Shown: positions 49,726-60,738 of the stretch, piece after piece
Numbering within the stretch: position 1 is the stretch's first letter
How the letters are laid out: every line of letters begins with the position of its first letter
From: an uncultured Planctomycetaceae bacterium
Lineage (GTDB): Bacteria; Planctomycetota; Planctomycetia; Planctomycetales; Planctomycetaceae
Assembly: GCA_963815195.1 (NCBI GenBank)
Contig: CAWFGE010000013.1
Location: 480,001 to 544,000 of the forward strand
Direction: 5' to 3'
DNA: 64,000 nucleotides
The notes under the pieces: model-generated
What the model was told of the DNA's origin: nothing
The model's database searches: none
The model's input: the letters and a program-made list of their open reading frames with translations, nothing else
Translations under genes and position numbers: made by a program

Positions 49726-52461
49726 ATGAAACGTCTTGTTCTGACCACACTCGCCTTGGTTTCGCTTACAGTGGGAGCGTCCGCCGCCGACGGCGTGATT
49801 GCCCCCATCAGCGAACGCTTCGCACCGCCGAAGGACCAGATCAAAGAGGTGCCGGAATTCCGGCAGCACATCGTGCCCATGCTCGGCAGGCTGGGCTGCA
49901 ACGGGCGGGCCTGCCACGGCTCGTTCCAGGGGCAAGGCGGGTTTCGGCTGTCCTTGTTCGGTTACGACTTCAAAATGGACCACGACGGTCTCACCGGCGG
50001 CAAATATCCCCGCGTGGACCTCAAAAAGCCGGACGACAGCCTCGCGATTCAAAAGCCGACGATGGTCGATCCCCACGAAGGCGGCCTCCGCTATAAGCCC
50101 GGCTCGTGGGAACACAAGGTCTTCCTCCGCTGGGTCGAAGGCGGAGCCAAAGGCGTCGATGAAAACACGCCGGGCTTCGTCCGCCTGGACGTGACGCCCA
50201 GCGAAATCCAGTTCCAGCGCGCCGGAGACAAGACGCAGCTCAAAGTCATTGCCGTCTGGTCCGACGGTGCGCGGGAAGATGTGACGGCCCTCTGCCGGTT
50301 CCAAAGCAATAGCACCAGCGTCGCCGAGATTTCCAAAGAAGGCCTGGTGACCGCCGTCGATCCCGGCGACACGCACGTCGTGATTTCCTACGACACCGGC
50401 GTCGTGCCGATCCCCGTGATTCGGCCCGTCTCGAAGCTCGCGGGAGCGAAATACCCGAAAGTTCCCACGCCGACCAAAGTCGACGAACTCGTGGTGCAAA
50501 AGCTGCAGAAGCTGGGCATCGTGCCCTCGGAGCTTTCCGATGACGCCGAGTTCCTCCGCCGGGTCTCTTTGGACATGACCGGCACGCTGCCTTCGCCTTG
50601 GGAAGTTGAAAAGTTTCTCGCCGACGGCTCGCCCGACAAGCGGGCCCGCAAGATCGACGAGCTTCTGGAAAGCCCCGCCTACGCCGCGTGGTGGACCACG
50701 AGACTCTGCGACATCACCGGGAACAACGACGACAACTTGAACAATGTCACCCCAGTCCGCTCCGCGGCCAGTCAGGAATGGTACGACTGGATCCACAAAC
50801 GGGTTTCGGAAAACACGCCTTACGATGAACTCGTCGCGGGGATCGTGCTTTCCCAGAGCCGAAACAAAGGCGAAGACTTCAAGACCTATTCCAAAAACAT
50901 GAGCGAAATGTATCGCAAAGGGTCGAAAGCCAACTTCGCGGAAGATCGCGAAACCATGCCCCACTACTGGGCCCGGCGGAACTTCCGCCAGCCGGAAGAG
51001 CGCGTGATCGGCTTCGCCTACACGTTCATGGGCATTCGCATCCAGTGCGCCCAATGCCATAAGCATCCCTTCGATCAATGGACCCAGGACGACTTCAAAG
51101 AGTTCACCGGGTTCTTCACCAACGTGCGGTCCGGCACCAATCCCGAATCACGCGACGAATACGACGAGATGCTCGCCGCCCTCGATCTGGGCGAAAAGAA
51201 GGGCAACCAACTCCGAAGGGAGTTTCCGCGGCTGATCAGCGAAGGCAAAACCGTGCCCTTCCAGGAAGTGTTTTCCACCAAGGCCCGCGCCCGGGGGAAT
51301 AACAACCGCAACAAAAACGCCCGCAACCGTAACGCGACCTCCGTCACCGCGAAGCTGCTGGGCGGGGAAACGGTCGATCTCACGAAGTACGAAGACGCCC
51401 GCGAACCGTTGATGGCCTGGCTGCGGGCAAAAGACAATCCCTACTTCGCGAAGGCGTTCGTCAACCGCGTCTGGGCCGGTTACTTCAAGGTGGGCATCGT
51501 CAATCCGCCGGACGACTTGAGCCTCGCCAATCCGCCCTCCAACAAAGCCCTGCTCGATTATCTCGCCCAAGGCTTCATCGACCACGGCTTCGACATGAAG
51601 TGGGTGCACCGCGAAATCGCCAACAGCCGCACCTACCAGTTGACCTGGAAACCGAACGAAACCAATCGGCTGGACGAAATCAACTTCAGCCATCAAGTGC
51701 CCCGCCGGTTGCCCGCGGAATCGGCGTACGATGCGCTCGTCCTCGCGACCGCATCCGATGCGACCGTCCGCAAACTGCACGAAGAACTCGACGACCGGGC
51801 GATTGCGATTCCCGGAGCCGGCCGCCGCGGACGGGGCGGTTCGAGCTATGCCTTGACGATCTTCGGCCGCTCGATTCGCGAATCCAACTGCGACTGCGAC
51901 CGCTCCGAAGAAGCCAGCCTCTTGCAAACCGTCTTCCTGCAAAACGACCGCGAAGTCTTAAGCATGATCGACGACCGCAGCGGCTGGTTGGCTCAGGTCT
52001 CGAAGGAATTGAACACCCGCTTTGTGCCGCAGACTCAGCCGCAACCGGGCGGAAACGATCGCGGCCGCGTGAGCCGCCAGCAGATCGAAGCCATCCAAAA
52101 ACGGTTGGCCAAAGATGAAAAAGAACTGAAGGCCCTGAAGAAAGCCGGCAAAGACCAACAGGCCGAAGAACTCGAGCGCCGCGTGAGCCAGATCAAAAAA
52201 CGGCTCGCCGTGGTCCGCAAAGGTTCCGAACCCCAAAAGTCGCCGGCGGGACAAGCCCAGGAGAAAGGCGAAAAAGTCGCGGAGCTCAATGCCGACCAGA
52301 TCATCAAAGAAGCCTACCTCCGCACGCTGAGCCGGTATCCGACGGACGAAGAACTCAAGCGGTCCCGGCAATACATCGACGGCAACGATGACACGATCAA
52401 CGGCATCCGCGGGCTCTTGTGGGCCTTGGTCAACACCAAGGAGTTCATCGTGAACCACTAA
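49726..52461 (+). CDS. DUF1549/DUF1553 planctomycete protein with Ig-like domain and CxxCH-type motifs
   Basis: Signal peptide; GCNGRACHG, FLRRVSLD.TG.LP, IQCAQCHKHPFD.WTQ, NPYFAKAFVNRVW, WALVNTKEF. Confidence 0.9.
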   Translation: MKRLVLTTLALVSLTVGASAADGVIAPISERFAPPKDQIKEVPEFRQHIVPMLGRLGCNGRACHGSFQGQGGFRLSLFGYDFKMDHDGLTGGKYPRVDLKKPDDSLAIQKPTMVDPHEGGLRYKPGSWEHKVFLRWVEGGAKGVDENTPGFVRLDVTPSEIQFQRAGDKTQLKVIAVWSDGAREDVTALCRFQSNSTSVAEISKEGLVTAVDPGDTHVVISYDTGVVPIPVIRPVSKLAGAKYPKVPTPTKVDELVVQKLQKLGIVPSELSDDAEFLRRVSLDMTGTLPSPWEVEKFLADGSPDKRARKIDELLESPAYAAWWTTRLCDITGNNDDNLNNVTPVRSAASQEWYDWIHKRVSENTPYDELVAGIVLSQSRNKGEDFKTYSKNMSEMYRKGSKANFAEDRETMPHYWARRNFRQPEERVIGFAYTFMGIRIQCAQCHKHPFDQWTQDDFKEFTGFFTNVRSGTNPESRDEYDEMLAALDLGEKKGNQLRREFPRLISEGKTVPFQEVFSTKARARGNNNRNKNARNRNATSVTAKLLGGETVDLTKYEDAREPLMAWLRAKDNPYFAKAFVNRVWAGYFKVGIVNPPDDLSLANPPSNKALLDYLAQGFIDHGFDMKWVHREIANSRTYQLTWKPNETNRLDEINFSHQVPRRLPAESAYDALVLATASDATVRKLHEELDDRAIAIPGAGRRGRGGSSYALTIFGRSIRESNCDCDRSEEASLLQTVFLQNDREVLSMIDDRSGWLAQVSKELNTRFVPQTQPQPGGNDRGRVSRQQIEAIQKRLAKDEKELKALKKAGKDQQAEELERRVSQIKKRLAVVRKGSEPQKSPAGQAQEKGEKVAELNADQIIKEAYLRTLSRYPTDEELKRSRQYIDGNDDTINGIRGLLWALVNTKEFIVNH

Positions 52462-52469
52462 GGCGTTCG

Positions 52470-52541
52470 GCCCCTCACCCTAACCCTCTCCCCCAAGGGG
52501 AGAGGGGATAAGACGGAACTCACCCTCTCCCCCAAGGGGAG
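52470..52541. repeat. REP (CCCCTCACCCTAACCCTCTCCC...GGGAGAGGG family), 1.5 copies
   Basis: Hairpin CCCTCTCCCC-CAA-GGGGAGAGGG followed by a partial copy. Confidence 0.7.
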
Positions 52542-52626
52542 GACGGACAAAACTGAGTATTTTTGAAACCAACGGCTTTCTTCAGCCAATTTTTGAAAAC
52601 ACCTTCTTTTTCAAAGGAATTGCTTC

Positions 52627-53935
52627 ATGGCCATTCATCAAACTTGCGACGGAATGAAACGACGGGATTTCCTGAAAGCCGGTGCCTTGGGCGCGGGCGG
52701 GCTGACCTTGTCCAGCTATCTCCAACTGGCCCAAGCCGGCGATGTCCGCGATGATGCCCCCGCCAAAGCCGCGATCTTCATCAACCTCACCGGCGGCCCG
52801 ACGCACATGGACACCTTCGACTTGAAGCCGGACGCCCCGGCCGAGTACCGCGGGTTGTTCAATCCCATCAAGACCAACGTCGACGGCATCGAAATCTGCG
52901 AGCATATGCCCAAGCTCGCCCAGACGATGGATAAGTTCGTGATCCTCCGCGGCGTGTCCCACACTTTGGGGGCCCACCAACTGGGAACCGAATACGTCAA
53001 CACCGGCAACCGGCCGCTGCCTTCGATCGAATACCCCGGCTACGGTGCCGTGGCGACGAAAGAAGCGAAAACCATCGAACCGGACCTGCCCCCGTTCGTC
53101 TCCGTGGGCAACTCCAACCAGAAGCCTGGCTTTCTGGGCGTGAAATACGCGGCCCTCAACACCGGCTCCACGCCGCGCCGGGCAACCGTTCAGCGTGCGG
53201 GGCATCACCCTGGGCAACGGCGTCACCATCAAAGAAATCGAAAAACGCCAAACACTCTTGGGCGATCTCGACAAGACCTTCCAAGGCTTCGAAAAGGACA
53301 GCCAACTCCTCGAAGGCCTGGATCAGTTCGGCGAGCAAGCCTACGCGATGATCACCTCCAAGCGGGCCCGGGAAGCCTTCGACACCAGCAAGGAAGATCC
53401 CGCCTACGCCGCGCCGTTCGGCGATTCGCCCTTCGGGATGAGCTGCCTCCTCGCCAGCCGGCTCGTGGAAAGCGGCGTGCGGTTCGTCACCTTGACTTTG
53501 GGCGGTTGGGACACCCACCAAAACAACTTCTCCAAGCTGAAGGACAGTTTGCTGCCCACGCTCGACGCCGGCTTGTCCTCGCTGTTTAGCGGGCTTGCTC
53601 AAAAAGGCCTGCTGGAATCGACGGCGATCTTCGTCACCGGCGAGTTCGGCCGCACGCCGAAAATCAACAACCGCAGCGATCCGGGCGGCCGGGACCACTA
53701 TCCCCGCTGCATGTTCATGCTCCTGGCGGGCGGCGGGATCAAGGGCGGCCAGGTCATCGGCAAAAGCGACGACAAAGCCACCCAACCGGCCGACGAAGTC
53801 ATCACCCCGGACGACGCCGCGGCCAGCTTCTATTACGCCTTGGGCATCGATTCCAAGAAAGAATACCACACCAACATCGGCCGCCCGATCACGATCGTCC
53901 GCAACGGCAACGTGATCGAAAAACTGTTTGGATGA
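52627..53935 (+). CDS. DUF1501-family protein (frameshift ~53175)
   Basis: KRRDFLKAG, LTGGPTHMDTFD.KP, RLVESGVRFV, WDTH, GEFGRTPKIN, GRDHY. Confidence 0.9.
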
Positions 53936-53967
53936 TTGGTCCGTCGTCCTGCTGATTTTTGAAATTG

Positions 53968-54011
53968 AAAACAGGCTCCGGGGAGTTCTTCACCTCGGAG
54001 CCTGTTTTTTT
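53968..54011 (+). terminator. Intrinsic terminator after the DUF1549/DUF1501 operon
   Basis: ACAGGCTCCG...CGGAGCCTGT stem followed by a T-run. Confidence 0.8.
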
Positions 54012-54151
54012 GTCAAAGGCCGGACTGCTGACAACGGACGACCAGATTTCCCCCCAGGAATCCCTTGCGTCTCGGCCTGGGGGCGATACACTGATGTGGA
54101 TAATGTCGTCTCGAATTGCCCACACGGATTGCGTTTCCAAGGGGGGAAACA

Positions 54152-56435
54152 GTGGCTCAGGTGTTGATGCTGCCTGCGGAACTGGAGGAAATCACCGATC
54201 CACCGCAGGAAGAGGATGAACTCTTAACGGCTGACGAACTCGATACAATTTCGCTGTTCTCGTCGCTGCAAAAAGGCGGGCCGGATTTTCGCCGGTTTCC
54301 GAGCACGACGGTTCTCCGCCGCTGCCGGAAGGGGCGGGTGATTTGCGAGCAGGGCGAAAGCGGCTCGACGGCGTATTTCATTTTGACGACCGAGGATGTG
54401 CTCAAGCTTCGCGAGGTGCAAAAGAGCCTGTTGGAAGCGACGATCCAAGGCAAGGTCGAGGGCAAGCCGGAGTTCGAGCTGCATCCGTATTTCGTCCGGT
54501 ATACGCCGGCGGAACTCGAAGACCGGCTCGCCGAAGTCACCCAGGAAATCGCCGAGCTCAAACAGCGGCTGCATACGCTGCCTCCCTTGGAAGGCGAAAA
54601 CGGTCCGCAGCGGGAAGTGGCCGCGGCGCACCTGTTCGTCAATTTGGATGGCGAGAAAAAGCGTAAAGGCCTCTTGCACCGGATGTTTTCGAAACTCGGC
54701 GGCGGGAAACGGAAACGCCGGATGAATCCCGCGAACATCCTCATCGACGGCCCGGCCGTCATCAGCTCCGCAGACGCTCCGGGGCCCGTTGCACGAAGGG
54801 GAACTCCTGGGCGAGATGAGCTGCATGAACCGGGCCCCGCGGTCGGCCACGGTGCTCGCCGAGCAAGAGTGCTATATGCTGGAAATGCTTCGCAACGTGC
54901 TGGACATGCTGCAGAAGGATCAGGCGTATAAAGAGCGCACGGACGCCATGTACCGCAAGCGGGTGATGGAAACGCACGTCCGGCGGCTCTCGGTGTTTGA
55001 GAATCTCGGCGACGAGGATTTCGAGAAGCTCAAGCAGGCCATCGAACTGGTGGAGTTCGAGTCCGGGCAGACGATCTTCGAGGAAGGCGAACCTTCGGAT
55101 TGTTTCTACGTGATCCGCAGCGGATTGGTGAAGGTCATCAAAAACGCCTGGTACGAATTCCGCAAGGAAGAGTTCCAAGACGAGCATTGGAAGAATCTCG
55201 CCCAGGAATTCGACGACGCGAACGACGAAGACGCCGACATGCGGCAGGCCGTCAAGGAGATGCTCTCCGACGAAGCCCAAGCCGCCTTGGGGGCGGCCAA
55301 GAAAGGCGGAAAGCTCTCCGACGAACATCAGCAGGCGCTGATCGGAAGTCTGAACGAGTTCATCCGCGACGCGAAGCTGCACGAGCAGCTTGGCAAAACC
55401 CGCAAAGAGGTTTTGGAGGTCATCCGCGGGCCGCAGTTGGAAGTCACCATCGCCGAGTATGCCAAGGAAACCAAGAAGTGGTCGGTGCTCGAGTACCGCA
55501 TCTTCCACCGGGCGCTGTTGGAGCGGCTGTTTCCCGGCGGCCTCCCCCGCCAGTTGGAAAAAGCGGGGCCCAGGCGGACGCTGGCCTATTTGGGCCGGGG
55601 GGAGATCATCGGGGAAATGGGCGTGTTTACGGATCCGCCCAGCGCCCGCAGCGCGACATGCGTGGCTTACGACCATCCCGACAGCGGGTTCCAACAGCGG
55701 ATTCCCGACGGGCGGATGGGCGCGGTGCCGTCGCGGGTCGAATTGGTCAAAATCAAGCGGGCCGAGTTCCAGCAGATGCGAAAATCCTCGCCCGCGATCG
55801 ATGCGAAGATCCGCGATTTGATCACGATTCGGAAATTGCAACAGGCGGAAACACAGGACCTGCGGATCGGCGAGTCGGCGGGGATTGCCCCCCAAAGCCG
55901 GGAGTTCGAGCGGCTGGGCCTGATCCAGGGCCAGAAGCTGATGCTGATCGACCTGGACCGCTGCACCCGCTGCAATGCCTGCGTAGAAGCGTGCGTCGCG
56001 TCGCACGAAGACGGCCGCACGCGGTTGTATTTGGACGGCCCGCGGTACGACAAGTTTCTCGTCCCCTTGACCTGCCGAAAGTGCCTGGATCCCGTGTGCA
56101 TGATCGGCTGCCCGGTGGGTTCGATCAATCGGGGCGAGAACGGAGAGATCGTCATTCGGGACTGGTGCATCGGCTGCCGGATGTGCGCCGAGCAGTGCCC
56201 GTACGGCTCGATTCAAATGAACGAACTGCGGACGCCCATCGAATTGACGCTGGAGCAAAAGACGATCATCGGGCCGGAGGCGACGCTCAAAGCGGTCGGC
56301 GAGCAAGCGGTGGTTTGCGATTTGTGCAGTTCGCTGCCCAGCAAGGATCCGTCGTGCTGCTACGCCTGCCCGCACGATGCCGCCTTCCGCGTCAACGCTC
56401 AGGAGTTTTTCTTCCAGGACAGTGGGAAAGCGTAA
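54152..56435 (+). CDS. Tandem cyclic-nucleotide-binding + 4x[4Fe-4S] (DmsB/NrfC-like) protein (frameshift ~54765)
   Basis: cNMP motifs ICEQGE..GEMS..PRSATV and IFEEGE..GEMG..ARSAT; Cys groups CTRCNACVEAC, CRKC..C..CP, CIGCRMCAEQCP, CDLC..C..ACP; GTG start after AGGGGG. Confidence 0.85.
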
Positions 56436-56436
56436 T

Positions 56437-56582
56437 GGCGAGCGGGGGGGCGTGAGTCCCCTGGTTCTGTGAAAACGCTGAATTCACCGATGAATGGAAT
56501 GCCTTCCACATGAAAACCCCTAAGAGATCCCGGATCTTGAGAGACTCGCGAATGACCAGGGGGCTCACGCCCCCCGCTCGCC
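56437..56582. repeat. REP-like inverted pair inside the operon
   Basis: GGCGAGCGGGGGGGCGTGAGTCCCCTGGT ... ACCAGGGGGCTCACGCCCCCCGCTCGCC. Confidence 0.75.
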
Positions 56583-56601
56583 TGAGCATAAAGGAACTCG
56601 C

Positions 56602-58759
56602 ATGCTGATCGATCGAACACAACGGACGTGGGCTTGGATTTCGTTCCTCATCTTCCTGGCCGCGACGGGAAGCTATGCCGTCTATGCCGCCACCGTCCCC
56701 AACGGGCCCCACGGCGGCAGCGTGATGGGGCTGATCTACGGGATCATCGGCACCGCGTTTATGGTCTTCGCCGGGCTCTTGGCCGCGCGCAAACGCGTCC
56801 CGCATTGGCGATTGGGCAGCGGCCAATTCTGGCTCCGCGGGCACCTTTGGCTGGGCACCTTGAGCATGCCGCTGATTTTGTACCACGCCGGCTTCGGCTG
56901 GGGCGGGCTATTGGAAAACGTGCTGTGGGTGCTGTTCGGGCTGGTGTTTTTCAGCGGGCTTTACGGCATCCTGGTGCAGCAGGTTTTGCCGCGGATCCTC
57001 ACCACCCGCGTGCCGCTCGAAACCTTCCCCGCCCAGATCCCTTATCAGTGCCAGCGGATGCAGTTTCTGACGGACCATCTGGTCGCGGAAAGCTGCGGGA
57101 AGCTCGACATCCACGATGAGCCGATCTTTCAGACCTTCAAGAAACTCGCCGAGTTCGGAGCGACGGCCGGCCGGGACGAACTTCCCAACTGGCCCGACCA
57201 GGTTCCCGAGGAATTGCGAGGCTTGCTTTTGGATCTTTCCACGCACTGCAAACAACAGGGCTGGATCAGCCAGGTCAATAATTTCCCCAAAATGCTGTCC
57301 GAGATGTATAAGGATGTCGAACCGGAAGAGGCTCCCAAAAAGGCCGCGGCCAAAAAAACAGACGCCGGCGAGAAAAAGCCTTCGCCCCTGGACCAGATGA
57401 AAGCCAAGAAAAAGGCGGCCCCCGCGGAAGGGGCGGAGAAAAAGCTCTCGCCCCTGGAGCAAATGAAGGCCAAAGCCGCGAAGAAGAAAGCCGCCGGAGA
57501 CGAAGGCGGCGAGAAGAAAGCCGCCGAAGGAGGCGGGGAAAAGAAGCTATCCCCCCTCGAGCAGATGCGCGCGAAAGCCGCGAAGAAAAAAGCCGCCGAA
57601 GAGGGAGGGGCCGAAAAGAAAGCCGCGGAAGGCGGCGGGGAAAAGAAGCTTTCCCCCCTCGAGCAGATGCGCCGCGAAAGCCGCCGCCAAGAAGAAATCC
57701 GCCGAAGAAGGAAGCGGATCAGAAGCCAAAAAGCCGTCGCCTTTGGAGCAAGCCCGGGCTCAAGCCGCGGCCAAACAGGGAGGCAACGGGGCAAGGCCGT
57801 CGCCTTTGGAATTGGCCCGCGAGCAGGCGGAGGGCGCGGGCGAATTGGCGGGCATGGCTCCCGAAGACTCCGGGAAGACGATCAACTTTTCTCCCGAGCA
57901 AGCGGCGATCCTCGCCAACGCGGCCCAGGAGCGGCAAGCCAACGGCAGCGGCGAAGCGGCTCAGGAAGGCCCGATCATCGTCCCTTGTCCCGAATGCGAG
58001 CACGAGTTGAAACTGCCCGACCGCAGCCTGCTCGGACGCAAAGCCCGCTGCCCGATGTGCAGCTTCAAATTCATCCTGGAGCTTGCCGAGGAACCGGAAC
58101 CGGAACCGGTGGCCGTGGGCGCCGCGGTGGCGGAAGCAGGCCCGTCCCCATTGAAGCAAGCCATGATGCAGGATGCCGGCAAGCCCGCCCAAAAGCCCGC
58201 GGGCAAAATGTCTCCCCTCGAGCAGATGCGCGCCAAAGCCAAGAAAAAGACCGCCGCCGGCGGGGGAGGCGGAGGCACGGCGACCGCCGAGAAACCCATG
58301 TCGCCCATCGAAAAGATGCGGGCCTCCAAAGCGAAAAAAGCCGCCCCCGCCGCCAAGAAGTCCAAAAAGAAAGCCACGCTCAAGGTCCCCAAAAAAACCA
58401 AGAAAACCTACACCGGCCCGATTCCCCGGGCAGGCGAACTCCGGCAATTCTACCTCCAGCAAATCCGGCCGTTCCTGGGCGTCGACAGCCGCTATAACCC
58501 CCAACTGGCCATCGACGCCCAGTCCAAACGGCTGTTCAACCAGATGCGGTCCGAGTTGCCCGGCGAACTGCACGACACCCTCAATCAACTCGAAGATTCC
58601 GTGGACGAGCGCCGGCAGTTTTCGCTGCAAAGCCGGGTCCATCATTGGCTGCACTGGTGGCTGTATCTGCACATCCCCCTGTCGATGGCGCTCTATCTCC
58701 TCGTCATCGCCCACATCGTCATGGCCCTCATCGTCGATCCCCAACTGTTCTGGGGCTGA
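56602..58759 (+). CDS. Integral membrane protein (cytochrome b/ferric-reductase-like His pattern) with internal Lys/Ala-rich repeats and a zinc ribbon (frameshift ~57670)
   Basis: WLRGHLWLG...LILYHAGF; C-terminal WLYLHIPLS...IAHIV; SPL(E/D)QM repeats; CPEC-x17-CPMC. Confidence 0.75.
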
Positions 58760-58833
58760 TGCGGGGCGGAAGGTCGTCTATTGGTCATTGGTAACAGGTC
58801 ATTGGCAACAGGTCATTGGGATTTATCTAAACC

Positions 58834-60521
58834 ATGTCGCAACCGCGTTACAGCCGGCAGTTGTCCGGACGAGTGGAAGTTGAGTTTCATCACCACCCCA
58901 ACCGTTTCCGCCGCTTCACGTGGTGGTCGGCTCTGGTGTGCGTGATTGGCGCGGGGGTCTGGCTGGTCCAGGCGGGGACGCGGGGCGAAAACCGCATCTA
59001 CGAAGCCGGTGCCGTCGCCACCCCGCACGCCATGTTCGAGAACGAATGCCAGCGCTGCCACGTCAACAATTGGGCCCCGCTTCAGCGGCTCACGAGCTTC
59101 ACCGACCAGGTGCATTCCGTGACCAACGAAAAGTGCATCGCCTGCCACATGGGCACGCTGCATCATCAGAATCAGGTGCCGGTGCACGGGGACGGCCCGA
59201 ACGAGTTGTCCTGCGCCAAATGCCACCGGGAACACAAAGGCGACGAAGAACTGGCCCGCGTGACGGACCGCCATTGCACCGACTGCCACGGGAATCTGGA
59301 AACCTCGCCCGGCGCCCGACGTTCGCCAAGCACGTCTGGAGTTTCGAAGTCCCCGAGGGCCATCCGGATTTCAAAATCGAAGAACTCCTCAAGAAGAAGG
59401 ATGGCAACGTCGACATCGCAGAGTCGGATGGCAAACCGATCCACTATGCGTTTCGCGTGCTGGGGTTTTTCTCCCGCGACGGCGAACCCGCCCGCTGGCA
59501 AGACAAGGCCCGCATTCGCTTCAACCACAAGGCCCACCTCAAAGCGATGTTCGACAAGAAGGGCAACCGCATCAAAGGCGAACGCCAGGATGACATCCGC
59601 CACCGCGGAGGCGACAAGGACGGCGAATACATCGGCTATCCGGGAAGCTGCATGGACTGCCACGAGTTCGACGTGGAACGCCGCTATATGAAACCCATCG
59701 TTTACGAGAAACATTGCCAGGAATGCCATCCCCTCACGTTCGACGTGGATAAGTTCACGGAGCAAATCGACCCGGCCACCGGGGAGGCCAAAAAGGTCGC
59801 CGTCACCGTGCCCCACGATCGGACCGACGTGGTGCGGGGGTATCTCTCGAAGGTGTATACGATCGACCCGCTGGGGGAGAAAGCCGACGGGCCAAAGCCG
59901 GCGGAGGACGACCCGCTCGCCGAGCTTCGGCGGGGCTTTCCGGGGCGGGATTTCGAGGCGAGCTTCAACGCCGAAGAGGCCCGGAAGATCCGCGAAAAAC
60001 TCGGCGAGCAGGAAAAAGCCTTGTATCCGCTCGACTTCGTGAAGAACGAACTCGTGCGCCGGGAAGGTCAGAAGGTGCTGTTTAAGGAAAACGGCGCGTG
60101 CGCGCTGTGCCACGACATCGATAAGTCCGAGGACCCGAAAGAGCAGCCGTGGTCGATCGTTTCCCCGCAGATTCCCGACCGTTGGTACAAGCACAGTTGG
60201 TTCCGGCACGACAGCCACCGCATGTTGAGCTGCGTAGAATGCCACAACGACCTCATCAGCGGGCATCCCGTTTACGAAAGCGCCAGCACCGGCGACGTGT
60301 TAATGCCCACCCGCGCCTCGTGCGTCCAGTGCCATCGCACCGGTTTTGTCGAGAAGATCGGCGATAGCGATGTGCACCTGCTTGGGGCCCGCGTGGATTG
60401 TGTGGAATGTCATGGATACCATGATTACAGCAAAGAAGACTTCGACGGGAATCTGAAATTGGATTTGACACGTCAAGAAGAGAAATCCCTTACGACACCG
60501 GCGGGCCACGGATCGAAATAA
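58834..60521 (+). CDS. Membrane-anchored 10-heme c-type cytochrome (frameshift ~59310)
   Basis: One N-terminal TM; CQRCH, CIACH, CAKCH, CTDCH, then CMDCH, CQECH, CALCH, CVECH, CVQCH, CVECH. Confidence 0.85.
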
Positions 60522-60738
60522 ACGCTTAGACACCGGCGAATTCCGGACGGGCTTTGCGTGCCTCTTGCGCGCGCCCGTTTGCCATTATTTCCATCGCCGT
60601 GCGAATTGGCCGAGGTCGGACATTCTCCCAAGACGCACGTTACCGATTGGCAACCGATCACGGGCTCATCAGGGGGGATGTCTCGGCCCTCCGCCTTGGC
60701 GGTTCAATCGAAATATCATGAATCGTGGGAATCAAACT

